Shown here piece by piece: positions 6,648 through 14,458 of a stretch of DNA of 53,187 nt. Numbering within the stretch: the first letter of the stretch is position 1; the number at the start of each line of letters is the position of its first letter. Source of the stretch: a virus; the IMG/VR virus record IMGVR_UViG_3300045988_092074, positions 1 to 53,187 of that record; one strand, 5' to 3'. Made by a program: the position numbers and the translations under genes. The notes under the pieces are model-generated. The model ran no database searches, was not told the origin of the DNA, and saw only the letters and a list, made by a program, of their open reading frames with translations.

Positions 6648-6812
6648 ATGGTAACAATGAAATTTTCAGCAACTAAGTCAGAAACGCTGTTTTTGACACC
6701 AACAATTGCAGTTGAACAAGACAACTCAGAAACAGCAATCCGATTTGCTCTTTGGCACAGCGTGTTCAGCGTAGAGATAAGCAAGAGTTATAAAACTGTA
6801 AAAGCTAAATAA
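6648..6812 (+). CDS. Small early ORF, 54 aa (below the ORF-track cutoff)
   Basis: My translation is MVTMKFSATKSETLFLTPTIAVEQDNSETAIRFALWHSVFSVEISKSYKTVKAK*. Preceded by the conserved leader. The stop is 1 nt before the next ATG (6814). Confidence 0.5.
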   Translation: MVTMKFSATKSETLFLTPTIAVEQDNSETAIRFALWHSVFSVEISKSYKTVKAK

Positions 6813-6813
6813 T

Positions 6814-7080
6814 ATGGCAAGAAACGAAATGTTTGTAACAGCTTATAGGCTTGAAGTTGAGGCCATTCGAGAGAATTTGAGTAATATGGAGAACTTCATA
6901 GAAGCCATTTCGGATTGCGCTATCGTGTCCAATGAGGAAAGTAACGTAGCTATTATAGTAGCGTCTTCGGATGCCTTAGGAACAACGAAATTGGCTAATA
7001 TGGCACTCAGATTCTTTGGCAAGGAGGGATATAATATAAGTACTCTCGGACTTTTAGGGCCGTTCAAGAAACTCAATTGA
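6814..7080 (+). CDS. Early hypothetical protein, 88 aa
   Basis: ORF tightly packed after the 6648 ORF. Confidence 0.55.
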   Translation: MARNEMFVTAYRLEVEAIRENLSNMENFIEAISDCAIVSNEESNVAIIVASSDALGTTKLANMALRFFGKEGYNISTLGLLGPFKKLN

Positions 7081-7117
7081 TATTTTTTAACATAAAACTT
7101 GGAAAATAATTCTCAAA

Positions 7118-7172
7118 ACGGTTTTATAAATTGAATAAACATATTATATTTGCAATATCAAAATAAAACAAG
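7118..7172 (+). promoter_or_regulatory. Early promoter P3 (-7 box tatatttg at 7145-7152)
   Basis: ggttttat..17 nt..tatatttgcaatatcaaaataaaac. An exact TAnnTTTG match. The downstream leader aaaatttacagcattATG resembles the 32-nt leader end. Confidence 0.65.
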
Positions 7173-7198
7173 TAATAACAATTAAAATTTACAGCATT

Positions 7199-8320
7199 AT
7201 GGCAACAAAGAAATTTTCACAAATGACAACGAAGAAGTTAAATGCTCTTTTAGCAACAGCAAGTGACGAAGATAAAGCCGAGATTGAGGCTGTACTCGCA
7301 GCTCGTGAGCAAGCTCAAGCTCCAGTATCAGGAGAAACACAATCCGAAGTGGCAAACCCTGTACAGGAGTTCGAAGACACAGAGAACCCGTTAACACCTG
7401 AGGAAGAAGCAGCTATAAAAGCAGCAGAAGAGAACAATGGTGTCAATCCGATGAGCAATAGCAGCAAAGCAACTCTTGAGAAAAAGCCGAAGATGACCGA
7501 TGAGGAGCGCCATGCATTGGCCGAAGAGCTGAAAAAGAATATCAATCACCGCTGTCAAGCAGTCCCGTTCAATACTGTAGAATGGGTTGATGGTTACATC
7601 GCAGGAGTAGTCGAGGAGAAGCGCACAAACAAAGTTCTTTACGCTATTAAGACAGATGACGGACGCCGCATCGTTAAGGTGCATGACAGTAATCTTGTTC
7701 GCATTTTGGACGAAGTCATTGAGCCGGAAAAGAAAATTCGTGCTCGTAAAGCAAAAGATCCAGTAGATAAAATCGATTGGACACCGGAAGCAATCGCCGA
7801 AGAGATTAATGAAGTTATCGACAATGTCGGTAAAATGGTAGAATTTGAGAAATACCGTACTACAGATGAAAATGGTGAAGAGCATGCCGAAATGGTAGTC
7901 GGCCGTATTGTGGCAATCGTGCCAGATAAACGAGCTCAGCGTTTACTTTACCGTATTTTAGTCCCGACACCTATTGAAGGTAATCCACTTGCAGCAAAGA
8001 CAATGCATAAAGTCGCAAAAGCTGATGGCCTTAAAATTGCCGAAGAGTTCGACGAAGAAGGTATGCGGCTCAATGCTAAATATTTGGAACGCCGTGAGGC
8101 AGCAGCAACCCGCGCTCCGCTTACTCCGCAAGATCGCGTAATCCGTTGCGAAGAGAATGTTAAAAAGGCAGAAGAGAAGCTGCAGAAAGCTCAGGAAGAA
8201 CTGGAAGCTAAAAAGAAACAGCTTGAAGATGCAAAAAAGGAATTGGATGAATATTTAGCCGCTCAGGTGAATGAAACCCCAGCTAATGGTATTTCATCTG
8301 AAGAGGAATCACTTGCTTAA
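7199..8320 (+). CDS. Early acidic protein, 373 aa, with two internal beta-rich repeats and a C-terminal coiled coil
   Basis: Own promoter (P3) and a strong terminator. Internal repeat: VEWVDGYIAGVVEEKRTNKVLYAIKTDDGRRIVKV versus VEFEKY..AEMVVGRIVAIVPDKRAQRLLYRILV. Confidence 0.7.
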   Translation: MATKKFSQMTTKKLNALLATASDEDKAEIEAVLAAREQAQAPVSGETQSEVANPVQEFEDTENPLTPEEEAAIKAAEENNGVNPMSNSSKATLEKKPKMTDEERHALAEELKKNINHRCQAVPFNTVEWVDGYIAGVVEEKRTNKVLYAIKTDDGRRIVKVHDSNLVRILDEVIEPEKKIRARKAKDPVDKIDWTPEAIAEEINEVIDNVGKMVEFEKYRTTDENGEEHAEMVVGRIVAIVPDKRAQRLLYRILVPTPIEGNPLAAKTMHKVAKADGLKIAEEFDEEGMRLNAKYLERREAAATRAPLTPQDRVIRCEENVKKAEEKLQKAQEELEAKKKQLEDAKKELDEYLAAQVNETPANGISSEEESLA

Positions 8321-8346
8321 TGTTCGTTATATAGTTCTGCCATGAA

Positions 8347-8380
8347 AAGAGTCGTCTCGAAAGAGGCGGCTCTTTTTTTT
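8347..8380 (+). terminator. Rho-independent terminator
   Basis: aagagtcgtctc-gaaa-gaggcggctctt followed by a T-run reaching 8380 (two G:U pairs in the stem). Confidence 0.8.
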
Positions 8381-8663
8381 ATATCCTCACCATTTATGTT
8401 AAAATATGTAATCTTATAAAAGCATGCTTCTTTCGCGTTCTAGGACACTTTTAGGCTTTGAGTGTACTATAATATGGGTTAACTCAATTCGACGCGATAG
8501 AGGTCAAAAGAAGCGTATCTATCAATGTATTTTTATAAAGTCTATAATATGAATTGAGGTATGGACTTTCTTGAGTTTTAGGCCACCAGGCAGCTATATA
8601 AATAGTTGTTAAATTTATGGCTAATAGTTGACTCATTTTCTTGGCCTCTAGGATATTTTTATT

Positions 8664-9093
8664 CGAGAATAATAGTAAACCAAATCTATAAAAAGAAATG
8701 AGGAGAGAATGAACGAGAATAATGAAATTTCATATATTTTTGAATAGCTCAGAGGCTCTATGTTTTTGACCAAAGATGTGATGCAGCAGTGAAAATTTTT
8801 ATGTTAAAACCTGTAAAACAGCAATCTATTTCAAGGTTATTTTGTATTTTAGCTTATAAAAGAACAAAAGTAAAACTGTTAAAATATGTTACACACTAAA
8901 ATGCATAAAAGCCGCATGGCTATCATGGTTAAGCGGCTTATGCTTGTAGGTGCAGAGTGCATATTCTGTTATGCCTACGTAAGTGTGATACAGAAGTTAG
9001 CGGGAGAAACGGCCGAGAGAATACTTGCCATGACTGGACAAGAGAATACTATAAGGTCTAACAGGAGAAATATCACAAGCATAACAGGAGAAT
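8664..9093 (+). promoter_or_regulatory. Relaxed GAGAAT/GAGAAA repeats upstream of the 9096 gene (8664, 8705, 8715, then 9004, 9017, 9042, 9065, 9088)
   Basis: Read directly. cgagaataat appears twice. gagaat 8705 and 8715 are 10 bp apart. The last four copies are spaced 23-25 bp apart. Confidence 0.35.
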
Positions 9094-9095
9094 AA
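8886..9095 (+). CDS. Doubtful ORF, 69 aa
   Basis: The stop abuts the ATG of the next gene. However, the sequence is dominated by a hairpin (8903-8943) and GAGAAT repeats, so it may be a leader rather than a gene. Confidence 0.25.
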   Translation: MLHTKMHKSRMAIMVKRLMLVGAECIFCYAYVSVIQKLAGETAERILAMTGQENTIRSNRRNITSITGE

Positions 9096-9572
9096 ATGAG
9101 CAATTTTATTTTAGATTACAGCAAAAAGCAGACTTTGCAAATATCAAATGATGCTTTTTATTTTCTGTACTATGGTGAAGAGCCATTAGACGAAAATAAT
9201 TTAGAAGAAGCAAATGATGTGTCTGAAATGTTTTTCAATAACTTTTACATAGAAGATGATTGGAAAGCAGTTGATGATTCAGACCTTATAGAATGCACCT
9301 TTATTCCGTATATTGAAGATCAAGCAGATTATGATGAGTATGAGGATCTCACTAGACATATTCAGCAGCAAATAAAATGGCTTGATGCAAATCATGTTAG
9401 AGTATGGTGGTTTAATAGCCAAACTGGCACAAGAGAATTGCAAGGTGATTTTAAGGTTTATACAAACGAGTATGGTCATAAATGTTTTCATACCGGTAAT
9501 CAAGATGAGAACTTTATAACAGGAAAAATGTGTATATATTTTCTGAAAAATTTTAAGAAGCGCATATCCTAA
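9096..9572 (+). CDS. Hypothetical acidic protein, 158 aa
   Basis: ORF ending at the bidirectional terminator. Confidence 0.6.
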   Translation: MSNFILDYSKKQTLQISNDAFYFLYYGEEPLDENNLEEANDVSEMFFNNFYIEDDWKAVDDSDLIECTFIPYIEDQADYDEYEDLTRHIQQQIKWLDANHVRVWWFNSQTGTRELQGDFKVYTNEYGHKCFHTGNQDENFITGKMCIYFLKNFKKRIS

Positions 9573-9605
9573 AAAGCAGACTACAGAAAAGTAGTCTGCT
9601 TTTTT
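9571..9605. terminator. Bidirectional rho-independent terminator between convergent genes
   Basis: aaaaa-gcagactac-agaaaa-gtagtctgc-ttttt. An A-run and a T-run flank a perfect ~10-bp stem. Confidence 0.85.
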
Positions 9606-10326
9606 ACATTAGGCTTTCATCTTTTTCTACGACGAGAGAATAGCCGACACCTCTTATAGTTTCTATAACAACACGGCTGTCCATTTTAAGCATATTTCGC
9701 AACATACATATGTGAACGTCTAAGCTGCGTTTATTAAAGTAGTTATCATCAGCCCATACTTGTTGCATAAGTATTTTCTTAGGTAACGTTTCATTTTTAT
9801 AAGCGCATAGTAAAGCAAGAACTTGGCTTAGTTTATTATTAAGCTGTGTTTTTACATCGCCTACAGTAAGAATTTTATCTATTGTATTAAACAGGTAATC
9901 GCCTATCTCATAAGATGATTCTATATTTCTCACTCGTATACCGCACCTTTTTAAAACAGCTTTTATTCTTCTTATAAGCTCTTCAATATTATATGGCCTT
10001 ATTACGTAATCATCTGCACCTTCATCAAAAGCTTCTATGACATAATCATACCTAGCTTTATCTGACACCATTATTACTGGTATTTTATTATCTGATTTGC
10101 GTAAAAACTTTAATGGTTTTAACCTCATAGAAATATCTGTTGTCTTATAATGACTTAATATGCACAAGTCATAATTCTTTTCTCTGATTTTGGCCAATAT
10201 ATCCTTCTCAGTAGAGGTTATTACTTGAAAGCCATTATATACTAAGTAATCTACCAAAATTTTACAGTCTTCATCTTGATAGATTAAAATTCTCGGCAAT
10301 GCTAATTTAGTGTTATTACTTTTCAT
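9604..10326 (-). CDS. OmpR/PhoB-family response-regulator-like transcription factor with degenerate (phospho-acceptor-less) receiver domain
   Basis: 240 aa. The N-terminus aligns to the receiver fold (ILIYQDED..., VIMVSD, GADDYVIRPY). CILSHY sits where DLxxLD carries the acceptor Asp. The C-terminus is winged-helix Trans_reg_C-like (LSQVLALL...QQVW...RSLDVHICMLRNML...IETIRGVGYSL). Confidence 0.8.
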   Translation of the reverse strand: MKSNNTKLALPRILIYQDEDCKILVDYLVYNGFQVITSTEKDILAKIREKNYDLCILSHYKTTDISMRLKPLKFLRKSDNKIPVIMVSDKARYDYVIEAFDEGADDYVIRPYNIEELIRRIKAVLKRCGIRVRNIESSYEIGDYLFNTIDKILTVGDVKTQLNNKLSQVLALLCAYKNETLPKKILMQQVWADDNYFNKRSLDVHICMLRNMLKMDSRVVIETIRGVGYSLVVEKDESLM

Positions 10327-11201
10327 ACTATTTCTTTAATTTTGTTTTGTAAGTCATTATATAAAACTTCATACCAAAATGGATTAAGCCTTAACAAGTC
10401 AAAGTATGAGTATACACCTTTTTGGTATATTAAAGAAGCATATTTAAGCTCTTTGTCTGCTCTCTTTCTAAGATGCTCATGATAAAACTTTATGGACTGA
10501 TCTACATTTACCAAGAATAATGATTTATGCTCCATAAGAACTTTCTGCTCTGTGTTTTGAGCAAAATAGTATGGAATATCAGGCATTGCCCAAAAAGTCA
10601 ATCCAGAACCATATTCTTCACTTGCTTTGTATAAAAAGCCAGGGGATATTCGAATTGAGTCAGGATATAAGCTTTTACATATTCTTAATCTGCGCGGAAT
10701 AAAAGGATTAATCAATGTTGCTAATCGCTTATTTATATAAGCTGAATATTTATCCACCATCCGTGTATGCTCTTTAACAAGAGATGAAACCAGTAGTTTT
10801 ATTCTTTCGTTTCCTATAGGGTCACTAAGGCGTATATATTCTTGTCTAAAAGCTTCACGTTGGATGCGTATTCTATCTTCTTTAAGTCTTTGAGATTTTT
10901 TCTTTCTAGCTTCTATATTAGCCATTGCAGCTCTACGCTGTCCTTCAGGCCCAAATAGCTTTACACCATTGCAATTATTCCACCCTACACCAGTCCATGG
11001 CATTTTATCTCCATATCTAGCTTCAATCTCTCTGTTTTCCTGCTCTTCTTCAGATAATTCAACATGCTCTTCTTCCAAGGTAATTTTTTCAATTGCCTCA
11101 GATTGAGCCTCTTGAATATCCTCATCGTCGCTTTTAATTTCATCGAGAAATTCAAAGAGTTCCTTTTCGGTTAAGTCTCCATATTGCTTAATATCTTCCA
11201 T
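10323..11201 (-). CDS. Hypothetical protein, 292 aa (acidic N-terminus), translationally coupled to the regulator gene
   Basis: 4-nt overlap with the downstream gene. No kinase motifs seen. Confidence 0.6.
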   Translation of the reverse strand: MEDIKQYGDLTEKELFEFLDEIKSDDEDIQEAQSEAIEKITLEEEHVELSEEEQENREIEARYGDKMPWTGVGWNNCNGVKLFGPEGQRRAAMANIEARKKKSQRLKEDRIRIQREAFRQEYIRLSDPIGNERIKLLVSSLVKEHTRMVDKYSAYINKRLATLINPFIPRRLRICKSLYPDSIRISPGFLYKASEEYGSGLTFWAMPDIPYYFAQNTEQKVLMEHKSLFLVNVDQSIKFYHEHLRKRADKELKYASLIYQKGVYSYFDLLRLNPFWYEVLYNDLQNKIKEIV

Positions 11202-11373
11202 GCCACTTAAATAATGACTTGATTATATCTTTTCCAGCTTGCTTGTTAAGCAGTCCAAAATATGCGATCGCAAGCATGAGTCTTGCTATTTTATGCAATA
11301 CCCAGGCTAATAGATATATAGGGAAATAAAGTACACCTACACATCCCCATAAAAATTTAAGCACCTTTTTCAT
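11188..11373 (-). CDS. Small membrane protein (61 aa from MKKVLKF...)
   Basis: Hydrophobic segments. The ATG at 11373 overlaps the upstream stop (ATGA). The longer 79-aa ORF-track version is probably over-extended. Confidence 0.5.
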   Translation of the reverse strand: MKKVLKFLWGCVGVLYFPIYLLAWVLHKIARLMLAIAYFGLLNKQAGKDIIKSLFKWHGRY

Positions 11374-11612
11374 TTTTCTAATATATATAATGGTTGTTTT
11401 ATTTCGGCAAATTGTGCATTTATACACTGCATATTTGCCTGCTGGCTTATAACTTCTTTTATTGGGCTTTTTATTTCTTGCACACAGCTCATTGAACTTA
11501 TTATGCTAAACGGAGGGCATGCCATATAAACATCGGCCAATGCATCAACTAACTCATCTTTGCTTAGTTTCTGCAGATTGCTCTTTATTATCTCCCTTAT
11601 TGGATTGTTCAT
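11370..11612 (-). CDS. Hypothetical protein, 80 aa
   Basis: ORF overlaps the upstream ORF by 59 nt in another frame. Confidence 0.45.
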   Translation of the reverse strand: MNNPIREIIKSNLQKLSKDELVDALADVYMACPPFSIISSMSCVQEIKSPIKEVISQQANMQCINAQFAEIKQPLYILEK

Positions 11613-11934
11613 CTTCTGCTTGCTTTAATTCAACATAAGTTCTATGAAAAGCTTCATCGCCTATTCCTTTAATAAAAGTTCTAAGTGTAGAAGGATATTC
11701 GCTTGTATTTATAGTCTTATCGGCTACTTTCGCGTAAAGAGCAACAAGAGCTTTAGGCCCAAATACCTTTTTCTCTTGTAATCTTTCAATGGGACCTCTT
11801 TTGAATTGAGCATAAGGATTTCCATCCATAATCTTTGTACGAGTTAGGTACAAATCCTTAATTAAAGCCTCAATATGTTTTTCAAACTGAGGCATTTGAA
11901 TAATATCAATAACTTTCAAATCTTTCAGCTTCAT
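11554..11934 (-). CDS. Hypothetical protein, 126 aa
   Basis: ORF directly downstream of the hydroxymethylase-like gene. Confidence 0.55.
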   Translation of the reverse strand: MKLKDLKVIDIIQMPQFEKHIEALIKDLYLTRTKIMDGNPYAQFKRGPIERLQEKKVFGPKALVALYAKVADKTINTSEYPSTLRTFIKGIGDEAFHRTYVELKQAEDEQSNKGDNKEQSAETKQR

Positions 11935-11936
11935 TT

Positions 11937-12617
11937 TTATAAGTTTTTAAGTTTTTGTTTATAATACTTTTCTTGCATATCAAAGTGTCTCTTATATATA
12001 TGCAAATCATGAGCAAAATGATAATAAGTGCCAATAGGTACACCAAGTTCATCTGCAACTAATTGTTGAAGCTTTGTCCAACAATATTGGTCATTGCAAA
12101 AGCCATAAACCAAATCGTTGCTTCGCATAGTTACACACATATCAAGAGTTCCTATTTGAGGCTTAATATCAAATCCGACTGATAGTGTACAAGGTGTATC
12201 ATGTTTATAGTCGTCTTTTTCTTTGCCGTCAAATATAGTAAGCCAAGCTTGACGAGTATCTTTATTCTCTCTAAGCTGCTTAATGCACTTTGCCAATTGA
12301 TTGTTGCGAGTCCATTGCCACCCATAGTTAGAATTGACAATATTGTCGCCACCGTGCATTTTATCCCATATAGGAGCATACTTTTTAATTTCAGCTACAC
12401 TCCTATCACATGACATGTACCAAGCGTATTCACGCTCTGCATATCGTTCGCTGAATTTGCGCCATTCTGTCGTTATAACTCGCTGCTGAGGATTAAGTAA
12501 ATAAAAACCAATGTTGTAAACAGCTCTTGTACCGACATTAGTATTTACTCCTTGGCCCATAATAAAAGCGTATAGATCTTCAAAAGCCTCAGTAGCATTT
12601 TTATAGGCTATGTTCAT
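11937..12617 (-). CDS. Thymidylate-synthase-superfamily enzyme resembling T4 gp42 deoxycytidylate hydroxymethylase
   Basis: Motifs APIWDKM, VNSNYGWQW, DTPCTLS (catalytic Cys), TMRSNDLVYGFCNDQYCW and DLHIYKRHF match what I recall of the dCMP hydroxymethylase pattern (INSNYGW, MRSNDVVFGFRNDYAW, SLHVYSRHF). Asp sits where ThyA has the dUMP-specifying Asn. I place the start at ATG 12617 (ATGA overlap with the upstream small ORF) rather than the TTG at 12644. Confidence 0.65.
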   Translation of the reverse strand: MNIAYKNATEAFEDLYAFIMGQGVNTNVGTRAVYNIGFYLLNPQQRVITTEWRKFSERYAEREYAWYMSCDRSVAEIKKYAPIWDKMHGGDNIVNSNYGWQWTRNNQLAKCIKQLRENKDTRQAWLTIFDGKEKDDYKHDTPCTLSVGFDIKPQIGTLDMCVTMRSNDLVYGFCNDQYCWTKLQQLVADELGVPIGTYYHFAHDLHIYKRHFDMQEKYYKQKLKNL

Positions 12618-12751
12618 TCTACCCAAATTTGTTTTGTTTGCCAATCCATTCTATTTCTTGATATTTTAAAAGCCTCTGCTTGTTTCCACGTATTAAAATA
12701 TTTAAGCAAAGTTCCCGTCGAGTCAAATACACCATATTGAATTTTTCCCAT
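12614..12751 (-). CDS. Small ORF, 45 aa (below the ORF-track cutoff)
   Basis: My translation is MGKIQYGVFDSTGTLLKYFNTWKQAEAFKISRNRMDWQTKQIWVE*. It fills the gap between two genes and is coupled at both ends. Confidence 0.4.
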   Translation of the reverse strand: MGKIQYGVFDSTGTLLKYFNTWKQAEAFKISRNRMDWQTKQIWVE

Positions 12752-12752
12752 A

Positions 12753-13208
12753 TCACTTAGCTATTTTATTAGTGCTGCTGTTATAAACCCTGAATAATAT
12801 TTCTTCTGCTTCCTCATTCATAGAATCACAAATACTTATTGCTTCTTCCATAGATAAGCCTGTGAGTTCTTCGTCATTATCGTTTATAGCAATTTCACCT
12901 GTTATAACCCTAATGTCAAATGAGTTTACAGAAGCAAAAGTTTTAGTAGCGTTAAGAGCTTGCACACAGATATAACACACGGCATCTTTGTATATAAACG
13001 ATAAAGTACTTGTACCTTTTAGTATATCTGCATAAAATTCTCTTAACTTTTCCGGTTTAAACCATCCGCTTTCATCCATCCGTTTATATTCCACAAGCCA
13101 TTTACCATACCCATTTGAAGCTTTAAACCTGTTAGCATAAATGGCCACAAATCTGAGAAATTGGTCTGTGTAAATGACTTGTGGAATTTCAACTGTTTTC
13201 TTTTTCAT
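12753..13208 (-). CDS. Hypothetical protein, 151 aa
   Basis: ORF with a 4-nt overlap with the upstream gene. Confidence 0.55.
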   Translation of the reverse strand: MKKKTVEIPQVIYTDQFLRFVAIYANRFKASNGYGKWLVEYKRMDESGWFKPEKLREFYADILKGTSTLSFIYKDAVCYICVQALNATKTFASVNSFDIRVITGEIAINDNDEELTGLSMEEAISICDSMNEEAEEILFRVYNSSTNKIAK

Positions 13209-13459
13209 AGAGCATCAAACTCTTTTTGCAATTCGTCAATGCGCTTTTGTATTCTAGCCAAAGCTAAAAGTTTCACATCTTCGAAGTTTACAAAGTTATT
13301 ATCCACTTCCATATACTTAGATTGTCCGCAATATGTTATTGTAGTACTAAGTTCTATTTTGTGAATAGCATTTGCTTCTTCCCATTTTTCTTTTTGCTCT
13401 ATAAGGTGTTTTATATACTTTATTAGCTCTCCACCTTTATTTAATTTTTCTTCTGTCAT
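13205..13459 (-). CDS. Hypothetical protein, 84 aa
   Basis: The ATG lies 21 nt downstream of a GCGAGAAT box. Confidence 0.55.
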   Translation of the reverse strand: MTEEKLNKGGELIKYIKHLIEQKEKWEEANAIHKIELSTTITYCGQSKYMEVDNNFVNFEDVKLLALARIQKRIDELQKEFDAL

Positions 13460-13478
13460 GATAATTAAAAAGTTTATA

Positions 13479-13564
13479 TATTCTCGCGCGTTCTAGAGCA
13501 CGCTTATTATTCCATTATTATTCACCATTCATGTACTTAAAGCGCGATATTGCGCGCGAGAATA
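13479..13564. promoter_or_regulatory. Perfect 12-bp inverted repeat tattctcgcgcg / cgcgcgagaata (GCGAGAAT boxes) separated by 62 nt
   Basis: Read directly (13479-13490 and 13553-13564). Occupies the whole intergenic gap between dut and the next gene. Confidence 0.7.
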
Positions 13565-13580
13565 ATGTGAAAATCAATCC

Positions 13581-14075
13581 TTAGTATGACCCAGTAGACC
13601 CGAGTGCCCCATCACCACGCTCAGATGAACGGCTGAAAAGCTCTGACTCAGAAACTTCTTCAAGGCCTTCATACGATACAGGCACAAGAATAAATTGTGC
13701 TATTTTCATACCTGGTTTAATGTGGACTTTAGCTTTACCTACGTTAACAAGATGTATATGAATTTCACCTTGATAATCTTCATCTACAATCTTGGCTCCT
13801 AGGATAACAATGCTCTCAAATGCTTCTGGCTTCGGTTTTCTATTAGCCATAATACAAGCCCATTTAGAAGTTACGACTCCTGACTTATCAGCTGCCATAA
13901 GCATATATCCTTCTGGAATCTCCATCTTAATACCTGATGGTATTAAAATATCAGTTCCTGGATTTACGATAAAACCTTTGTTACTACCGAAATTAGGAAC
14001 GAAAAAATCAATTCCTGCTGCCTTACCAGTTCCACGAACAGGGGATTTTACATTTCTTATTTTTGCAAATTTCAT
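13581..14075 (-). CDS. dut: Trimeric dUTPase-family nucleotide pyrophosphatase
   Basis: Motifs KAAGIDFF, IVDEDYQGEIHIHL and the C-terminal SERGDGALGSTG. Motif 2 reads AADKSG instead of the usual PRSS. Confidence 0.8.
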   Translation of the reverse strand: MKFAKIRNVKSPVRGTGKAAGIDFFVPNFGSNKGFIVNPGTDILIPSGIKMEIPEGYMLMAADKSGVVTSKWACIMANRKPKPEAFESIVILGAKIVDEDYQGEIHIHLVNVGKAKVHIKPGMKIAQFILVPVSYEGLEEVSESELFSRSSERGDGALGSTGSY

Positions 14076-14077
14076 GG

Positions 14078-14458
14078 TTACATCATTTCAATGAGTTTCT
14101 TAGCCGCTATTTCTACAGCTTTAGCAAATCTGTTTTTAACTTCCGGGCTTATAAGGCTGTAAACTCCTTCATTTTCAAAAGCATCGGCCATGATAGCTTC
14201 AATTTTTGAAAGCTTAGGATTAGAAGCGTTAATGCCATATTTATCCATAAGTTCTTTGTTATACTCATACTTAATACCTCTGCCATTTTCTACAGGAACA
14301 AGTTTGGCTATTTCTGCATAAGTATTTGGCTTTCTGCTCGTAGGAACAGCGATAATAATCTCTTGATTTGTTGTCATGCACAGATCTGTGCACATTTCCA
14401 TTACTTCATTGAAGTCACGCTTATACTCTCTTGGAGTTACTGAAATTAAACTTTTCAT
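14078..14458 (-). CDS. Hypothetical protein, 126 aa
   Basis: ORF with a 4-nt overlap with the upstream gene. Confidence 0.55.
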   Translation of the reverse strand: MKSLISVTPREYKRDFNEVMEMCTDLCMTTNQEIIIAVPTSRKPNTYAEIAKLVPVENGRGIKYEYNKELMDKYGINASNPKLSKIEAIMADAFENEGVYSLISPEVKNRFAKAVEIAAKKLIEMM

